A DNA stretch of 63,514 bases, filler included, from Reticulomyxa filosa (GCA_000512085.1; 18 parts of 18 records of this genome joined end to end with filler, not necessarily neighbours in it); one strand, 5' to 3'. Positions 13,229 to 26,317 are shown, counted from the whole stretch's first letter. Notes: generated from the letters alone by a model not told the origin. Translations and numbers: made by a program.

Positions 13229-13420
13229 TTTGACATTTTTTTCTCTTTTTACAATAAACTAAAACAAGTGACATATTCTTTCAGCAAAATATTTTACATT
13301 TTCGTCTTGCATTCTTTAATTCTTCAACTCGAATATTTCTACAACAATTTGAATTCGAGTTCGTTATTAGGCTTTTTTGAAACTGAGCTCCTGTATTTGT
13401 GTTTATACCGATTTTGAAAA

Positions 13421-14822
13421 ATGGGAGGATTTCAAAGCAGCAATGAGCCGAATTCAATCTCTGAGAATGTGACAAGTCCTTCGGTTGAATCGGAAGCCAA
13501 GGCAACTAATTCCCAAACTGAAAAAAAATGGGGATGGTACGCAAAAAAAAAGCAAAAAAAAAAACAAAAAAGTAACAAGCTCAAAAATGTCAAAAAAAAA
13601 TTGAAAAAGGTCTCCTGACGCGTTTGAAGTAATGCCAAACACAGGAATAATGGTATGTAACATATCTGGGGAGCTATATGCACCGGTAGTCGACGCGAAA
13701 ATGGTAAAATGGTACAACAAAACTTTGAGTGTGATGAACATGACGTATTCATAGTAACATATCCAAAATGCGGTACAACTTGGGTGCAAAAGATATGTGT
13801 GGAGCTGATGAAGTGCGTGGACCACAAATACAAAGCAGATATAACAACAAACAACGAGGAAAAGGTGCAGCAGCAAACGGATGAGACACAAAATAGTGAA
13901 ACGGAGTTGTCTTTGCAAACGCTGTATTTAAGCGGAAGATGGAGTCGGATATTGTGGTTAGAAAAATGGATGAGTCAGACATCGGACTCCATTTCTGCAA
14001 TTCAATTTTTTTGGAATCAAACTCAACAACAACAGCAACTTTCTTGTCAAAAAGAATCCAGTCAATGTGACAGCACGCTTGTGCGGAAAAGATATCCTTT
14101 TTTTCGATTTTGGAAAACTCATAGCTGCACTTCCATGTTCCCTGTTTACAAATGGCACAAACATGCAAAAATTATTGTCATGTTACGTAATCCTAAGGAC
14201 GTTGTTGTGTCTTACTATGAACATTTAAAAACTGTTGGAAGTCCTGTTTTCACTGTTTCCTTTCAGCAATTTCTCTATGCATTTGCTCTTGGCTTGGTGC
14301 CAGGTGTTTTTTTATGGCTCTACTTTTTTTTCTTTTGAAAGGATAACCTAAACAAACGAAACAAGTTTTGTTTATTTGTCTGTTTGAGGTGGTAATTATT
14401 GGGATTTTGTTTTGGACTGGTATCGCTTGTATCATAATGACAGCCATCAGCCAATGGAGGAGCCTCGTGTTCTTGGGAACAATATTTTGTGGCTCTATTA
14501 TGAAGATATGAGTAAAGATTGTTTGAAAGAAATTGCAAAAATTGTCGAGTTTTTAAACTTGGGTGACCTGATTGACAGCCAAGATTTGGAAAATATTGCC
14601 AAAAATTCATCCTTTGAGACTATGAAAACTATGGCAAAAGAAGGAAAAGAGACCTTTCCTGTTGAATTTTTTAGAAAGGGCGTTTGCGATGATTGGAAAA
14701 ATTGCTTCAATGAAGAATATGCTGGTTTATTTGATACAATCACAAATACCAAATTTGCTGGTATCAATATTCCATATTGCACAAAAGTGCAAGGAGGAAA
14801 TTCTTCTTTTACAAAGCAATAG
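13421..14822 (+). CDS. PAPS-dependent sulfotransferase (Sulfotransfer_1 family)
   Basis: 5'-PSB loop DVFIVTYPKCGTTW, catalytic KTH, 3'-PB RNPKDVVVSYY, LYYEDM, and C-terminal FFRKGVCDDWKN. Apparent 1-nt homopolymer frameshift near 13710. Confidence 0.93.
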
Positions 14823-15146
14823 TTTCTTTGCCACTATTCTAAACAGTCTTTTACTGACTCCTTTTTTTTCTTAAGCATGTACGCATTTTGTCCTAAAGAA
14901 ATCCAACACCACAAAATTCAAATATTATCAAAAACAAAACTTTTACGCTTTGCTCCCAAATTATTCGTTTGTCCTTCGTCCTATTTCGTTGTGGCTGACG
15001 TCTTTTATTACTAATTCTTTGTTGAATTTTTCTGTTATAATTCTGCCCCTTTTGAATAGTCAATTCAATCCCATAAAATTTCAAAATTATTTTGATTGTG
15101 CAAACATTCGTGTTTCATTCCAACTAAAGATAGGTATTCAACAACT

Positions 15147-15404
15147 ATGAGTAAACAGAACGTTACGACAGACAACACCTCAAGAAACACCAGCGAACAA
15201 GACTCAATGGATATGGCAACACTACTGACAATGATGCAGCAACTGAACCTGGTCGAATACAAATCAGTGACGAATGATTCAGCTACAAGTGCAAAACAAA
15301 AGACGGAACAGCTTCGGTCATTACTGCAAAGGGATTTGAAACATTTGCGTTTGTCAGAAGATAATCTCAATAAAATTGTTGAAAGTATTGTGGAATTTCT
15401 TTGA
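15147..15404 (+). CDS. Small hypothetical protein (85 aa), possibly SAM-like
   Basis: Intronless ORF with the pattern MMQQLNLVEY...LRSLLQRDLKHLRLSEDNLNKIVESI. Confidence 0.4.
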   Translation: MSKQNVTTDNTSRNTSEQDSMDMATLLTMMQQLNLVEYKSVTNDSATSAKQKTEQLRSLLQRDLKHLRLSEDNLNKIVESIVEFL

Positions 15405-16038
15405 GTCCATTATACGAATTTCAAAAATTTACGTTTTTCACTCCAAATGTAAAATTGCCAATGAAGACCATGTTTTCAATTGGTAAATTTTTGCTATTGT
15501 AGATGGATTTTTGGCTTGTGTTTGCTTTGTTTTTCTTTTGAGCAGGGAATTGATTTTGCTGGTTTCATGGCTAATAATTGACTATTTGTGGAGGCTTTAG
15601 TTGTTTTTGCCAATACTACATACATCCACATCACTGTGCTTATTTAAACTGAAGACAGAGTTACCGCCTCTTTTATGAGAAAGAGCAAAATGCTCGTAAA
15701 TGTTTTACATTATCACTTATGCGATACATTAGAACGAGATCCAACATTTGCAAAACTCGTTATAACCGCTTGTAGCCTTAGTGGTGATCTATATACCTAA
15801 TAGATTTATATGTTTAAAACTTTAAAAAAAGAATGTATTCGCAATATGGCACGAAGGTAGGCAAATAATGATGGAACAAATTTAAAAATAGCTTAAAGGT
15901 TTCCTTTTTAAAAAGGGATAGGTCGTAATTGAATAATATTGTTACATAGTACTGTAATTTTGATTGTGTTAAAAAGCCTGACTTTGGGAGTTGGAAAGGG
16001 GAAATAAAAACGAAAAAGGAATAAAATTCGCGTAAGAG

Positions 16039-17540
16039 ATGCGTTCATTTTTGCTTTGGTTTCTCAAAGTGACTTTATTAATTAACTATGGCCTTGCTGT
16101 ATTCACACCAGCGGGAACAATTCTTCCCAGTGCAATTTCTAATTGCACAGCGGCTGTAGTCGGCGACAAGATAGTCGTTGCAGGAGGTGTAACTTTGTTT
16201 TGTGATCACAATTGTGTAATATATGCAAATTGTATTTTTTTTGTTTGTTTCAAGTGCTGCAAAGACGAGGTCTATTATCGCCTTTTTTTTTTGAAAAACA
16301 TGTTTGGTGTGGTTTGATGATAAAATAGGAACTTCGACTTTTTCTTTGAATTTGAGTAGTGTGACAAGCCAGAATAGTGTTTCTCCAGGCTTGTTGGAGT
16401 GGACAGAAGTTTCCCTCAATCAAAGTGATCCAATGTATGGAGTTACATTCAGAGGTCAAGTGTCAGCCACGGCCAATGGCGTTGTATATGCATATGATGA
16501 AGAAAGTGGAACTTGTTAAGTTGTACATACACTTGCTTACCGTGTATGTGTGTATATGTATATGTATGCGTTCATGCCTCGTGTTGCATCTTACCGCATG
16601 CAAAAGCGAATTGGCGGAATTGAGGAGAAGGAGAAGAAAAATTATAGAAGTGAATTTATGTCTATATAATGTATATGGATGTGTCGTGAGTATAGTTTTT
16701 ATATATGACTCGGCGAACGGAAGTTGGACGCAGTCAAGTTCATCGGGCAATCAATTGAGTGCCCCGTGTGTCGCGTTCGACAGCGATCAAAACAAGGCGA
16801 CAGTATTTGGCACAAAGAATGCATCCTCTTATTTGTTGGAATACGATCCTTCGACCGACGCGTGGAGTAGTTTGTTTGGAAAACTTAACAATGACGGCTC
16901 GTGTTGAGTATACCTTTTTGATATGTAATCTTTTACCCCATTTCTCTCTCTCTTTCCAAGTATTCCACGCAGGAACATCATAGCGTTTTTTTTTTTTGAG
17001 ATACTATGTATGTGTTTGTTGGACATGACCACAATAGTCTTTTCGTTACTATCTCCGCAATGTGCCATCTATTCCAATGCTGTTGTTATCTTTGGTGGGA
17101 TGTCTCAGTCAAGTGGTGTCGTCAGTGAAGATGTTTATGTGTACAACACTTTACAATGGACAAAGTCTTCCAAGATGACAGTTGAACAACAATACCCTAA
17201 AAAAAAAAAAAAAAAAATATTTTTTTTAAAAAAAAAACTCTCAAATTTCGACACGCATACAGTTGCCTCGTTTCCTGGGACAAGCCGTAGTGGTGGACAA
17301 CTATGCGTTAGTATTCGGTGGAAATGGTGGTCAAAGCTTTCATTCCTTGGCCACTGCGGAAATATTTGATTTGTCCACGGTTACGTACTTGGGATTTGCA
17401 CCTTCATTGTTTTTATCACGAGACTCATTTGGACTGGCCTTTGATGCCACTAGAAAGATATTATTTGCAGTTGGTGGTCAGCAGAGTGGACAAGCTCTGA
17501 GCGAATGGGAGTATTTGGACTTACGAACCACTGCAGTTTC
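16039..17540 (+). CDS. Secreted kelch-repeat beta-propeller protein, multi-exon, 3'-truncated
   Basis: Signal peptide MRSFLLWFLKVTLLINYGLA. Kelch GG motifs IVVAGG, VVIFGG, ALVFGG and LFAVGG, plus YDP..D.W. Confidence 0.75.
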
Positions 17541-17693
17541 CGGATTACCCATTTCTTGTGCGTGTGCATTTTTTCTTTAAGAGAGAGAGAGAGNNNNNNN
17601 NNNNNNNNNNNNNNNNNNNNNNNNNNNNNNNNNNNNNTTAATTAATTAANNNNNNNNNNNNNNNNNNNNNNNNNNNNNNNNNNNNNNNNNNNN

Positions 17694-20490
17694 AAAAAAA
17701 AAATGAATAGTTAACTTTGTTTTCTTTTAACAACAGCTGCAACCCTGTTGTTCAAAAAAAAATTGTATACGTCAACGTCCCCATCATATGCACAGAAAAA
17801 CATTGGGGTTGAAGCCACCCCGCATTGAAGAAAAAATAAAATGGTTTGTATTTTTTTTTATTTTTATGTTTTTTTTTTAAAAAATATTTTTGTGCTTGTA
17901 AATAGGCACGCCCCCATAAAAAAAAAAATCTATGTGCACCCTCACCGTAATAAAGAAAAAAAATAGATTATATGGAATTTGAGCTTTTGTCTCCAAAGCA
18001 AACGTATGTTATTTGTTTTTCTTTAAAAAATAAAAATATTATTTTAATTTGTGATTGTGTGTTAGGAACAATAGCAAGAACGTATTGTAAAGTTTTTTTA
18101 TTTATTTTTTATTTTTTATTTATGTTTGAGATTAAATGGATTGGGAAAAGAAAATATAGAAAAAAGGGGGAATATGGAAAAAAAGGGTTGTGAAATTTTA
18201 TTTAAGAAAAATGAAAAAGAAGAAGAATGATAAAATAAAAAAAAAATGAAAAAAGAGATCAAAAATGTTGGAAAAAAATAAAAAAGATACAAAAAATGTT
18301 GGAAAAAAGAAAAAAATGAAAAAAGATTAATTGAAAAAAAGGAAAAAAAAAATTAAAAAGAAAAAAAAAGAAGAAAAAAGAAGAAAAAAAGGTAGTAAAA
18401 GAAAAAAAAAATTGGAAATGCGCATTAGCGCAATGTTCAAAGAAGATGTCGTTCTCGACAATGAGACGACAAGTCAAGTTTTATTTGTTTGGTCAGTCAG
18501 CTTGACGACTGAGAAAAGTTTGTTGTTCGTTGGACAACAAGAAATGGCTGGCTTGATCATCGACGAGTGGACTAAAGCAGACACAACTGCAACTGCGTTG
18601 AGAAAAATACTTGGATGCTAATGAAGGATATAGCTGGACAAGTTGCATTATGACTCAAACGACTGCAGTGTGAACAAGATAGTTTACTGCATGCAAAGGT
18701 CGCTGAGTCTATTTGGACAAATGAAGTTCAAATGCAACCGCCAGTATTGCAATTGCGTAGTTATTTTGATTGTATGTGATTGCGCTGTTATTTCACTTGT
18801 ATGTCCATTTAGTCGAAAATTTTATCTAAGCTGCAATCTTCAACACAAGAAACCACCAAGCCAGATGACGAAGCTGACTATAAACACAATTCGCATCATT
18901 TCAAAGTATGATATGAAATTCAGTTTTCGTAGCAAAATTGGTGGCATTATTTCATTGGAACCACCGAGGCAACTATCATTGATAAAATTATTGGCATTTG
19001 GCTGTGTTATCTCTTGTCTGTAATAATTAACAAACAAACAAATATATATTTACATGTTTATATTTATACTTGTTATTATTTATAATTAACTTGTTTTTGT
19101 GACTAAGACTAGATTCGTTGGAGAAGAGTATGCAAAAAAGTGTGGATTTTGCACGTAGAAAGGCAATCTCCAATGCAGTGAGTGCCCGCACGAAAAAGAT
19201 AGCCACACGAAATTGAAAGTCTTGCAATTCATGAACTCAATGGCCGAGTGGTAAAGACGATCGAGTACAGGTGAAACTATATAACAAAAAGAAAAAAAAT
19301 GAAATAGTTTGTAGTGAAAGAAGAAAGCATAATCATATTGTTTATCTGGGAAATACCATCGGATTCTGCACACTGACTATTGACCCTGATGCTTTTAATA
19401 GAATGCCATGTTCGAACAAGATGCTGCGCAATTGGGACCATTTGTTTCTTAGGAAAAGTTGATTCCAAAGATCAAATTGCCATTTTTATTGAGTTGTGGA
19501 CGAGTTGCAGACATCTTCAGAATTCCTGTCCATTCACATTGCCAAGACAGATCTGGATGCTTTGATTTTGTTTCGCTGCTTGGACTTGGGTCAGTACTAT
19601 GTAGTACAGTCCCGCTTCCAGTTTGTCCAAGCTTGCAAAGTCGGAGGCAAAGTAAAAATGATCCATGGCAAAATGAAGTGAGATCAAATTCATTGGATTT
19701 AGCAAACGCAGTGAAATGATCATTTTGTAGTTAATCAACGAGTAAAGTGTGCACATGACTGATAAAGGGGCCATGACGGATAAAGGGGGAACATGACGGA
19801 AAATTCCATGTCGTGGGAGTTACCAACTGTGGCCGTGACAGGGTCGACACAAGAAGCAAAACGTCAAAGTTGGCAGTAGTGTTCGCAAAGGTGTCGTGAA
19901 ATGAGTTGGCAGACTGACTTTAGTCGCTGGAGAAACGGGACTCGAACTCGATGATTGACAGATCAATAGTTATAATTGAAGAAATATCACAAGTTCACAA
20001 CAACAGTAAAAAAAGACTCTACTTACCTTGTGTGTTTCAATACAGAGTACCGAAAACAGTGAATACTTGTTCGTCGACGTTACGGGCAAGCATAATAGTG
20101 AGAGAAGATCATGAAAAGTGATTGGCATCAAAGGATCATTGCATAAAGACCAGCTCGAAGTATTGGACAAAAAGAACAATTCAAATAAGAGATGCACCAT
20201 TTGGAAAAATCTCATCCTCCAACTTTGCAAGACTTGGCTAGTGAAAAATGATGATATGATGAAGACAATCGGCCGTGAACAGAAGCAATGACGAAAAATC
20301 TTTGGACGGTATCAAAAAAGCGAGGAAGAAGCAGAAGAAGACGACAAGCAGAAAATGGACGCACAAAAAAAACATGGTGATGAATTTCGTTGACGTGGCT
20401 GTCGGCGACAGAGTTTGAATCTAGGGAAGCAAGAATTCTAGTACGCTCCCGAATACAATTTCGTTGTGGAGAAACTAGGGCCAGTGGGTA
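17694..20490 (+). pseudogene. Highly degenerate large-gene remnants, including CAP-Gly-like fragments at ~19755-19960
   Basis: Coding-like composition with many stops and frameshifts. KGEHDG and GVVK*VG...GLELDD resemble CAP-Gly motifs. Confidence 0.3.
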
Positions 20491-21392
20491 TAATTTATTT
20501 ATTTGCTTTTGAAAAAAAAAAAAAAAANNNNNNNNNNNNNNNNNNNNNNNNNNNNNNNNNNNNNNNNNNNNTTAATTAATTAANNNNNNNNNNNNNNNNN
20601 NNNNNNNNNNNNNNNNNNNNNNNNNNNTTGGTACACTTAAAGCAACTGAGGTCAATATACGCGGTAAGTTTAAAGCACTTCCACCTCTCACAGTCACACA
20701 ACACGCTAGATGCAGAACCGACGATAGTAGCCCCCGAAAATGAATTGCAACAAAAACGTTGCCAAAAGGTGAAAAAGGTTAAAAACCACACAATACTAAC
20801 AATATCACAAAATCCAGCTACTATATAAAATTAATTTTACTAGTAAAAAAAAAAATTTTCGGACTTTGACTTGAGGATTCTTGTTGTGTTAAAACGACTT
20901 GGCTTTTTATACGATTTTGAGATATATCGATATATCTAATTGTTTTAAGTTTACTTGAAGTGGTCTCGAGATAATCTTGACGATTTTTCACGACGATCGT
21001 TAATGATGATAATATAGATTTATATTTTTTTTTTTGAAAGAAATTCGAAGTTAATATTCGATTATTAACAACGATTTGGTCGTCAACAAGATCGTGGCGA
21101 AAACAGACACAGGGAAGAGCCAAATTTGTTTTCGCAACCGTTGATTGATCTTGCCGTACAATCTTTGAAGTTTATTTGTTTTTTTTTGATATTTTAAAGA
21201 TTAAATTAAAACTTAAAATTTTTTTTTCACTTATTGATTGTTTTCATTATAGTACTGTGTTCCTTTTGGGACGAGGTGCTTATTTTAACTTGGATAAGAT
21301 CTCATTCTTACTAAAAAAAAAATCTTGCACCAACCAAAAGGTCCATGCAAAATAATCAAAAGAAAAACAATAAATTGACTTTCATTTAACCA

Positions 21393-21900
21393 TCACATTA
21401 ATCCCCTTGTGATGATTCTTTCCATCAATTTACCAACACTTGGCAGCAATGAAATTGGTCTATGATTCTTGCTGTAATGATATCTTTTGTAATCGATATA
21501 AACTGTCACTCCACCATGGCTTGTTGCCTTTCCATATTGTCCTGATACCAATTGTCGCTTCACTAGCTTCAACAATACATTTGGTCCAAGATTCAACTGC
21601 TTTGTCCAATGTCTCAGTGTTACCAAATGCAATAGGGTCAATAGATTGCATCCAATTGTCAATGTTTCTTTTCAATCTCAATCTAAATTGTTCCCATTTG
21701 TTACTTCTCAGATTCCAAGTCTCAATCTTTTGTCATTCAATTCGTGGTGATGACCACGTGGTTTTGATATTAAAGTGACTGTGAGTTGATCTGAGTGCAC
21801 ATCCAATTCAACATCATCCGTTCTCCAATTACTAATAATCTATACAGTAATTTTCCGGACATAGCACTCCAGATCTAGCGATGATGAGATGTATTTTGGT
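21393..21900 (-). mobile_element. Non-LTR (LINE) retrotransposon relic: APE-endonuclease end plus RT start, internally deleted
   Basis: ...LDVHSDQ (SDH-like), WNLRSNKWEQF, KPWW, then NHRPISLLPSVGKLMERII (RT domain 1 motif). Contains frameshifts and stops. Confidence 0.8.
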
Positions 21901-22862
21901 ATTCTTGTCATCCCTTTCGCTCGGCTGTTACCCCCTGTTGGCTTTTAGCTAACCAACAATGATAAAGTGTATATTTTATTTATTTTTTTTACTCAATTTT
22001 CAAAATCTTCTTCAAAACTTAAGAGATATCGAAGTATCTTGATACTTCCAAGCACAATCTTTCAAAATACAACTTTTTAAGAAAAGTTAATATTAACGAT
22101 TTGATAAATATTAAATTTTTTTTTTCCATTTCTCAAAAGGCGATTTGTTGTGGTGTGGAAGTCTTGTAATCTTCATTGACAATTTGCTCTGGATCAGGTT
22201 GCACATCTGGATTGCACTGCAATTCTTTATGCAAATGAATAATTAATTAGTTGAAAAATTCTACTTATTTCCTTTTTTTAAAAAAAGCAAACATTTTACA
22301 AATTTTTTCTTTTTGAAAAAATATGTCATAGCAAGTGTTATTCTCACTTTTTACATAATAGTGATTTATCAATTTCATTGTTATCCCAAACATTCAAAGA
22401 TAAACCTATATTTGTTTTTGGTTACATGATAAGAATAAGATCTTTTTTTCCCCTAAAACCACAACAAATGAATATTTCATGTCCGTATATGCTTGCAATA
22501 GTGAAATTGTCAAATCTTTGATATTTTAAAATTTTGTATTAATCATTTGCTGTTTAAAAAAACGATAATAATTTTATTAAAGTCAGTAAATAAAAACTGA
22601 TAAAAAAAATCTTACAACAAACAAAGCAAAAAAGATAAAAATTAATTAAACAGACTAAATTTCATATAGTAAATGAATCAATAAAATTCATGAAAACATA
22701 ATTACCAATAACATCATATCAATAAAAAAATTAAGAAAAATAAAAATAAAAAATTATTTTANNNNNNNNNNNNNNNNNNNNNNNNNNNNNNNNNNNNNNN
22801 NNNNNTTAATTAATTAANNNNNNNNNNNNNNNNNNNNNNNNNNNNNNNNNNNNNNNNNNNNG

Positions 22863-22895
22863 AGAGCCGCAGCTTAAGCTGCGGCTCTTTTGTTT
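22863..22895 (+). terminator. Rho-independent terminator upstream of folP (likely ends the preceding gene, typically ftsH)
   Basis: Perfect stem AGAGCCGCAGC-TTAA-GCTGCGGCTCT followed by TTTGTTTG. Confidence 0.8.
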
Positions 22896-22910
22896 GTGTG
22901 GATGTCTGCC

Positions 22911-23753
22911 ATGTCTGCTTTTGCCTGCGGCCGTTTTACGCTGGATTTGTCCCGTCCTCTGGTGATGGGGATTGTGAATGTGACGCCGGATTCGTTTTCG
23001 GATGGTGGTCGTCACGACGACGTGGCGGCGGCGGTGGCACACGCGAGGCAGCTGTTGGCCGAGGGCGCTGATATTCTGGATATCGGCGGCGAGTCCACGC
23101 GCCCGGGTGCCGCCTATGTCAGCCCGGAGCAAGAGCTGCAGCGTGTGATGCCGGTTTTGCGCGAGCTGGTAGCGCTGCAGGTGCCGCTTTCGCTGGATAC
23201 CCGCCGTACCGTGGTGATGCAGGCGGCGCTGGCGGAAGGGCTGGTGGACTTGATAAACGACGTGTCGGCACTGGAAGACGAGGGGGCACTGCCCTTGCTG
23301 GCGGCGGCCAACGTTGGCGTGTGTCTGATGCACAAGCAAGGTAACCCGGACAACATGCAACTGCGGCCTGATTACCTGGACGTGGTGGATGAAGTGGGCG
23401 ATTACCTGGCTCGCCGCGTGCAAGTGTGTGTCGATGCTGGCATCGCGCGTGACAGGCTGCTGATTGACCCCGGTTTTGGCTTTGGCAAAACGCTAGCCCA
23501 CAACCTGGCGCTGCTGCGTGCCTTGCCGCAGTTGATCGCCCGTAGCGGGGTGCCGTTACTGGCGGGGTTGTCGCGCAAGAGCATGCTGGGTGCCATTACC
23601 GGCGAACAGGCAGCAGACCAGCGACTGGGTGCCAGCGTGGCTGCCGCGTTGCTGGCAGCGCAGGGCGGGGCGCGCATCATACGCGTGCATGACGTGAAAG
23701 CCACGGTGCAGGCCATGCAGGTACTGGCCGCTTGTGACGCGTTATCTGCATAG
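22911..23753 (+). CDS. folP: Dihydropteroate synthase (bacterial contig)
   Basis: [49 protein letters not shown] and IIRVHDV motifs. High GC, no introns. Confidence 0.98.
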   Translation: MSAFACGRFTLDLSRPLVMGIVNVTPDSFSDGGRHDDVAAAVAHARQLLAEGADILDIGGESTRPGAAYVSPEQELQRVMPVLRELVALQVPLSLDTRRTVVMQAALAEGLVDLINDVSALEDEGALPLLAAANVGVCLMHKQGNPDNMQLRPDYLDVVDEVGDYLARRVQVCVDAGIARDRLLIDPGFGFGKTLAHNLALLRALPQLIARSGVPLLAGLSRKSMLGAITGEQAADQRLGASVAAALLAAQGGARIIRVHDVKATVQAMQVLAACDALSA

Positions 23754-23816
23754 CATCACGACACATTGCAGCAATAGCGGTAGAATCAGGCAAATTTCTT
23801 TATCGAAGGACGTGCG

Positions 23817-23965
23817 ATGACGCGCAAGTATTTTGGTACCGATGGTGTCCGCGGTGAAGTGGGCAAGTTTCCGATCACGCCGGAGTTTGCCTTGCGTCTA
23901 GGCTATGCCGCCGGCAAGGTGCTGGTCGACCATGAGCATGAAGAACATCCTACCGTCATCATCGG
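23817..23965 (+). CDS. glmM: Phosphoglucosamine mutase, N-terminal fragment (bacterial contig)
   Basis: [16 protein letters not shown]...[20 protein letters not shown] Shine-Dalgarno upstream. Conserved folP-glmM order. Confidence 0.95.
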
Positions 23966-24085
23966 NNNNNNNNNNNNNNNNNNNNNNNNNNNNNNNNNNN
24001 NNNNNNNNNTTAATTAATTAANNNNNNNNNNNNNNNNNNNNNNNNNNNNNNNNNNNNNNNNNNNNAAAAAAAAAAAAAAGAATAG

Positions 24086-24972
24086 GCTATTGATGGAGTC
24101 ATTGGCATGCGATTACCTGCCACACAAACTGCAGCCATCATTTGGAAACAACAACTTGAAAAGTAGCCATGATGTCGAAGATGTGAGTCGGAGTTCAAAT
24201 GAGCCGGAGCCATGGCTGAAAACCAACCTGGTCACACAACCAATCTACAACAAACAAGAAATTCGAAATGCTGTTGAAAAGGTCACAAAGATCTCCATGA
24301 ATCAAGTGTTACAAATCAATCCCGATTTAAAAATTCAATCCATTGCAAGTGGTTTATTTATTGGTTCTTGTAATTGGCATATTACTGTTATATATACATA
24401 TATATGTGTATATGTACATATATGTATATGTTTATATATGCATATTCTTCCACTCATTAACCCACTTAAAACATATACATACACAAACAATAAAACAGAT
24501 TGGAAATACGAAAGTGGCAGTGGTTAGCGGCTCCAGTGGATCTCAGTATCGACATCCATTACCATTGAACTTGAACGCATTAGCAAACGCGGGAGTAGAC
24601 TATCTTATCATCGATGATTTGCAGTTCTTGCAACCAGGCGGAGAAGACAAAAAAACGACCGCTGCGCAGTCGTTAGCTCTCGTCGAAAAAACTCTATGTT
24701 AGAGAGATAGAGAAAAAAATAAATACATATCACTATGTATGCTATACTTTTGTGTGTGCGTGGTGCACTCGACAAAGAAGACAAAAACTTGTTTGCTTTA
24801 TTTTTTGTTCGAATCAACTTTTTTTTTTTTGAACTTGTTGACAAGTGGAAACCCTGCAGAATGGAGGCAATGTGATATTGCCGGTTCAGCCGTGCGGCGT
24901 TGTGTACGATTTGATGGAACAAATTTATAGTGTATTGAACAAGTATTTCCTGAAAACAGTTTTGATCCTTTG

Positions 24973-25020
<48 letters not shown>

Positions 25021-26317
25021 GTTATTATTATAAACAAAGGGCCATAAAAACTGTCCACCAGTCTATTTCATTTCCCCAGTTGCAAAATCCAGCATTGCAT
25101 ACTCGTCTGTGTTTTCTGAATATTGCAATGAACACATCCGCATGCAAGTCAAAGATGGCAAAAATCCATTTCGCTTTGAGTCATTCATGAACATTCAACG
25201 TCTTATCGTTTCAGTGTTTATTTTTTTAATTTGTGTATTTGTCTATTTATTTGCCCCTTTTTTTTTTTTCTTGATGCACGAGCAAGTCGAACAATACATA
25301 TGAAATAATGAAAGTGTTGGAAACATTGGAGCAATGGATTAGTCAACAAATATTTCCGTAACCAAAGCAAGCAATCGTGTGTAATAATATGCGAGTCGCC
25401 ATCCCTGCGCTACGGCGATGTGTTGCACATTATCAATGCCTTTAATTCCTCCAAAAACGTGTTGATTTTAACTGACCCCGCATTTCCCCCACATCTCGCC
25501 CTCTGTCCTTTTCAATCACCTGCGCACGATCCATTATTGCCAGTTTTATTTCCAAAAAATAACAAAGGGGGCAAAGGAGGAGGGAGTTGTTATCCAAACA
25601 ATAACACATTTTTTTTATTTTTTTATTTTTTTAGAAACTGTCAAAAAAAAAAAAAAAAGACTGAGAATGAAAGTGTATTATTTCCCCATTGATGCTCGTT
25701 TGAGCATACGCGAAGTGGCACAATTGATCCAAAAAGTAAGATGCAAGCAAGTGATAACGAGCGAAAGCAATTGCAAACGCATATTACAGCATACCAAAAA
25801 AATATCGACACAGATTCGAATGATTGGCTTGGAAAGGCACACTGATATTTGTTTGAATTTACATTTGTCCGAATTTGTTCGCTTGTCTGTTGATGCCAAC
25901 TTACTCCACTCTCGTCTGCTGTCCAATTCTCATGCCGCCAAGTCTTTCGTTGAAATTCGTGGGTGGGCTCATAGCGCCAGAAACAATGCCAGTCGTGTTT
26001 TGATGCTCGACACTACCAGCCATTTACTCGTTCAACATCAACTTTATGGGGATATCAATTCCGACAAGTTCATTCAGGAATTGGTCCAGTCGCAAATGAA
26101 GTTTGAAATCATATCTCAACACGCTGAAACGGCTCCTCAGCCCGCTTCCGATTTGGTTATTATCTTGTCTAATCTCAATATCCAGGTCTCTTTTGCCAAT
26201 GATACACGGACGATACGCATCGAGGAAATTGGACATTCGTCCGACCCTTCTCAATTTCATACACGCCAAAACAACCAATTGATCATTTTTAATTTATTGA
26301 AAAGTGCTCTTGTTTGA
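24086..26317 (+). CDS. INTS9: Integrator complex subunit 9 (inactive MBL/beta-CASP fold), multi-exon, 5'-truncated
   Basis: SGLFIGSCNW, VSGSSGSQYRHPLPLN, TLQNGGNVILPVQPCGVVYDLME, FISPVAKSSIAYS...SEY, PSLRYGDVLH and PIDARLS match INTS9 blocks. Confidence 0.88.

Noticed and set aside
18180-18480. Poly-Lys and poly-Phe ORFs (also at 4455-4898 and 24798-25058)
   Set aside because: Translations of A/T homopolymer or (TAT)n intronic and intergenic tracts.
22806-23716. Long minus-strand ORFs overlapping folP
   Set aside because: Antisense shadows of a GC-rich gene.
22862-26317. Horizontal transfer of folP-glmM next to INTS9
   Set aside because: The two are separated by a linker. The bacterial contig shows no host sequence or amelioration.
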